Assembly: GCA_963769025.1 (NCBI GenBank)
Contig: CAVYKI010000009.1
Coordinates: 1,024,001-1,088,000 of the forward strand
Direction: 5' to 3'
DNA length: 64,000 bases
Source of the DNA: an uncultured Verrucomicrobiae bacterium
GTDB lineage: Bacteria > Verrucomicrobiota > Verrucomicrobiia > Chthoniobacterales > Chthoniobacteraceae
The notes under the pieces are model-generated. The model saw only the letters and a program-made list of their open reading frames with translations, was not told the DNA's origin and did not search any database. Within the stretch, counting starts at the first letter, position 1; each line of letters begins with the position of its first letter. This document shows positions 60,997 to 64,000 of this stretch, one piece after another. The translations under genes and the position numbers were made by a program.

Positions 60997-62889
60997 TCAG
61001 CGGCGTTTCCACTCGGCGCGCTTCTTTTCCCGGAGCACGGGATCGAGCCACATGTATTTGATGCCGCCTTCGAGCATCATGTTGTTGTGCGTGCGAGGCG
61101 CCCACGGCTGCACGAGCGAATAGTACGCCTTGTGATTCGTGAAGATGACCGGGCAGTCGTCGTTCAGCATGTCCACCAACCGATGGACGATCTCCATCCG
61201 TGCCGGCGAATTCTCCATGGTCGCGATCTCCTCGTAGAGCCGGTCGAACTCGGCACTCTTGTAGCGGCTGACGTTCTTGCCCTCGGGGGGCAGGTTCCTG
61301 CCGTAGAAAAGCATCAGGTAATTTTCCGGGTCCGGGTAATCGGCGCCCCAGCCCGTTCCGCTCGAGAGCTGGAAATTTCCCTTGTCCTGCTTCTCGAGCA
61401 TCTTGGCGAAGGTGTTCTCCGAGACGCCCACCTTGATGCCGAGCCGCTCAAAGCACTTCTGCTCGAACTCCGTGAGCAGCCGCTCGTCGGAGCCGGTCGC
61501 ATTCGTGTCTAGCATGATCTCGAGCGGGCGTCCGGTCTTCGGGTCGATGCCATTTGGAAAACCCGCCTCCGCGATCAGCCGCTGCGCCTTCTCCAGGTTG
61601 AAGCCATTCGGGTTCCGGTACGTCTTGCGGAAACCCGGGATGCCGGGCGAGAGGAGCTGCTGTGCCACCTCACGCACGCCGTTGAAAAAAATGTCGTTCT
61701 CCGTCGCGGCGTCGAACGAGCATGCGAGCGCCTGCCGCAGCTTCTTGTTCTTTCCGAGCAGCGGATCCTCCATGTTGATGCTCGTGTAGAAGGTGGACAC
61801 GTCCACGTCCTTCTCCAGCGTCATCCCGCGCGCCGCGAGTTCGGGCGAAAGCTCATGCGTCGCGGTGACCACCGAGCTGTAGGCGTCCTTGCTCACGCCG
61901 AAACTGTCGAGGTAGCCCTGCTTCGTGAGCAGCCACGCCGGGATCGTCTCGCGCAGGATGCGCACCTGCACTTCATCGATGATCGGCAGCGGCCGCCCGG
62001 CGAGCGGCTTGCACACCGCATCGCGCGCCGCCGGCCATCCGCTGGTCGGGAAGCGCGTCGTCGTGTAGCGCTCGTTGCGCACGAGGCGGAAATTCTGATC
62101 GTGGTCGCTCAGGCGATGCACATAGGTGAACGGCCCGGTTCCCACCGGATGCCACTTGAACCGGTCGCGGCGCACCATCTTCCCGCCCTCCTCGTGCTTC
62201 TCACCGTCGTAATATTCCACCGCCTCGCGCGCGACCGGGCAGGTGAAGTGCATCCCCATCCAGTAAACGATCTGCGGATACGGCTTGAGGAGATGCACCC
62301 TAAACGTGCGCGAGTCGATCACCTCCACCCCGGCGAAGGGGGCGGCGTAGTCGAAGCGGTTCCCGTTTTTCTGCGCAGCCTCGTACCCCACCTTCAGCCC
62401 CGCGACGTAATCCCATAGCGACGAAAGCACCGGGCATTCGGTCTTTGGATCGGCGATGCGCTGCCACGCATAGCGCACATCCTCCGCGACGACCTCCCTG
62501 CCCTTCCCTCCGGGGAAGCATGGATCGTCGTGAAAAAAGATGCCGCCCTTCAGCCGGCACAAGTAGCTCACCTTGCCATCGGCGGTTTCCTCCTTCACCG
62601 GCATCGCCTCGAGCATGCACGGCATGAGCTCATACGGGTCGGTCTTGAAAGGGTCGTACTCCAGCAGGCAGTCGTACACCGGCTCCAGGATGCGCCGGCT
62701 CATCTGGTCATACGCCTCCTGCGGATCCAGAGAGCGGGGCGCTTCCGGCTGGTAATTGTAGCGCACGAGCCACGGCGAACCATCCGCCCGGCGCTCACGG
62801 AGCGCGGCCGGATGAGGATCGGGATTGCATCCCGCCACGAGGAGGACGGCGAAAAATGAGGCGAGGGCGATCGCGGGGGCGCGGAGCAT
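60997..62889 (-). CDS. Peptide ABC transporter substrate-binding lipoprotein (family 5)
   Basis: Lipobox VAGC, SLDP, FHDDPCF, PVGTGPF, GWGADYPDPEN. Confidence 0.9.
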   Translation of the reverse strand: MLRAPAIALASFFAVLLVAGCNPDPHPAALRERRADGSPWLVRYNYQPEAPRSLDPQEAYDQMSRRILEPVYDCLLEYDPFKTDPYELMPCMLEAMPVKEETADGKVSYLCRLKGGIFFHDDPCFPGGKGREVVAEDVRYAWQRIADPKTECPVLSSLWDYVAGLKVGYEAAQKNGNRFDYAAPFAGVEVIDSRTFRVHLLKPYPQIVYWMGMHFTCPVAREAVEYYDGEKHEEGGKMVRRDRFKWHPVGTGPFTYVHRLSDHDQNFRLVRNERYTTTRFPTSGWPAARDAVCKPLAGRPLPIIDEVQVRILRETIPAWLLTKQGYLDSFGVSKDAYSSVVTATHELSPELAARGMTLEKDVDVSTFYTSINMEDPLLGKNKKLRQALACSFDAATENDIFFNGVREVAQQLLSPGIPGFRKTYRNPNGFNLEKAQRLIAEAGFPNGIDPKTGRPLEIMLDTNATGSDERLLTEFEQKCFERLGIKVGVSENTFAKMLEKQDKGNFQLSSGTGWGADYPDPENYLMLFYGRNLPPEGKNVSRYKSAEFDRLYEEIATMENSPARMEIVHRLVDMLNDDCPVIFTNHKAYYSLVQPWAPRTHNNMMLEGGIKYMWLDPVLREKKRAEWKRR

Positions 62890-62954
62890 CGCCGCAGCCT
62901 GTAGACGCTTACGGTGTGCTTTGCCAACGCCGAATCGCATGCGTCGCGGTCCGG

Positions 62955-63692
62955 CTACGACTTTCGCTTCATGTTGCGGATCGCATCGCGCAATTCCGCA
63001 GCCCGCTCGTACTTCTCATCCTGCACCGCGCGCTCCATCTCGCGCTTCAGTTTTTCCACCGGCGTCATCGGCTTCAGCTTGCGCAGCTCCAGGAGCCACT
63101 CGGCGAGGCTCTTGATCTCGGAGCTCTCCCCGTCGCCGTCGCGGTTGTTGTCCTTCACGAATTTCTCGATCGCGGAAATCCCCTTCTCCACCAGCGCGAT
63201 GGCCGCATCCACATCCTCCTTTTCGAGCGCGAGATTCGCCTTCGCCCGCGTGTTCATCATCATCACGTACGGCCGGAACTGCTGCACCGACCACGCCGCC
63301 TCGTCATCCGGCGCGTACTTCGCGACAAAGGTAAACATGTCGAGGTTCCGCTTCGTGTCGCGGATCACGCTCTGCCAGTCGCCGAGCTGAAACAGCGCGA
63401 GATAGCGGTGGTAGTACTGCACGCCCTCCGCCTGGAGCTCGCCCACGTCGTCCTCGCTCAGTTCAAAGTCCACGCCCGCCTGCTCCGCGCGGTCGCTCTG
63501 GAATTCCAGCTCGCTCTCCACGCCGTGCGGCATCCGGCCGTCCGGCCGTCCGGCCATCTCCATCTGGAGCACGCCCATGTCCAGCCGCAGCTGCAGCTTC
63601 TCGCGACCATCGCTTCCGGTGATCTTCCGCACTTGGAGCTGCCCCGGCTCGTAAGGCCAGTCCCGCAGCAAATCGCTCAAATCAAAACTCAT
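62955..63692 (-). CDS. UvrB/UvrC (UVR) motif-containing protein
   Basis: QLRLDMGVLQME..GRPDG, QYYHRY, C-terminal AVQDEKYERAAELRDAI. Confidence 0.85.
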   Translation of the reverse strand: MSFDLSDLLRDWPYEPGQLQVRKITGSDGREKLQLRLDMGVLQMEMAGRPDGRMPHGVESELEFQSDRAEQAGVDFELSEDDVGELQAEGVQYYHRYLALFQLGDWQSVIRDTKRNLDMFTFVAKYAPDDEAAWSVQQFRPYVMMMNTRAKANLALEKEDVDAAIALVEKGISAIEKFVKDNNRDGDGESSEIKSLAEWLLELRKLKPMTPVEKLKREMERAVQDEKYERAAELRDAIRNMKRKS

Positions 63693-63700
63693 TGCCGCCG

Positions 63701-63728
63701 AGTATCGGAAGCATCCGCCGCGTGTCAA
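63701..63728 (-). promoter_or_regulatory. Putative leaderless promoter (TTGACA-N16-GATACT, 8 nt before ATG 63692)
   Basis: Consensus -35 read directly on reverse strand. Confidence 0.55.
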
Positions 63729-63756
63729 CGGGCCGTGCGCCTCCGCTCAGATTTCA

Positions 63757-64000
63757 TCACCTCGGCGGCGGACGCCGGGGACCGCGGCGACCGCCGTCCG
63801 GATTGTTCTTCACCTCAACCCGATCGTGCGGATCGGCATCCGGCGGCGTCACGCCGAGGATGATGTCCCACTTCGCTGCAAACGCCGCCGCCTTCGTGCC
63901 GGACAAGGGCACGAAATCCACCGTCACCGAATCGCGCGCCTGCGGATCGCGTAGGCTGCGATACAGGCCGTCGCCGTCATTTTGCGGATGCCCCTTCGCG
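63757..64000 (-). CDS. C-terminal end of a probable intradiol ring-cleavage dioxygenase-family protein (start outside window)
   Basis: Manual translation KGHPQNDGDGLYRSLRDPQARDSVTVDFVP...AKWDIILGVTP resembles the C terminus of protocatechuate 3,4-dioxygenase-like proteins; only about 80 codons visible. Confidence 0.5.
   Translation of the reverse strand, partial: AKGHPQNDGDGLYRSLRDPQARDSVTVDFVPLSGTKAAAFAAKWDIILGVTPPDADPHDRVEVKNNPDGGRRGPRRPPPR

Overview
GC-rich bacterial chromosomal segment, most consistent with Verrucomicrobiota (Chthoniobacterales-like): DUF1592/DUF1552 pair, DUF5069, DUF3500, PQQ-repeat propellers, PEP-CTERM protein. Mostly housekeeping/accessory genes: leuB, panD, thiH-thiS, phoH, heptose genes (hddC-like, gmhA, gmhB), YjhG/YagF dehydratase, nuoE-N (nuoA-D absent, E and F probably fused), prc, and a peptide ABC transporter. 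Many genes are broken by single-base indels, very densely in the nuo block; most likely long-read consensus errors. No rRNA, tRNA, CRISPR array or transposase was recognised. Best candidates for undescribed biology: (1) a three-gene ion-motor-like operon (29853-33147) with a zinc-ribbon/long-tailed MotA/TolQ/ExbB protein and two different coiled-coil ExbD-like subunits, only one with the membrane Asp; (2) an MglA-like GTPase with its catalytic residues substituted, paired with a roadblock-like protein; (3) a 27-aa single-helix ORF translationally coupled between nuoL and nuoM; (4) a 41-aa Cys-rich lipoprotein; (5) a secreted Tudor/chromo-barrel-like protein; (6) a His-less DHp-receiver fusion. 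Family assignments are by motif recognition only; no searches were run.
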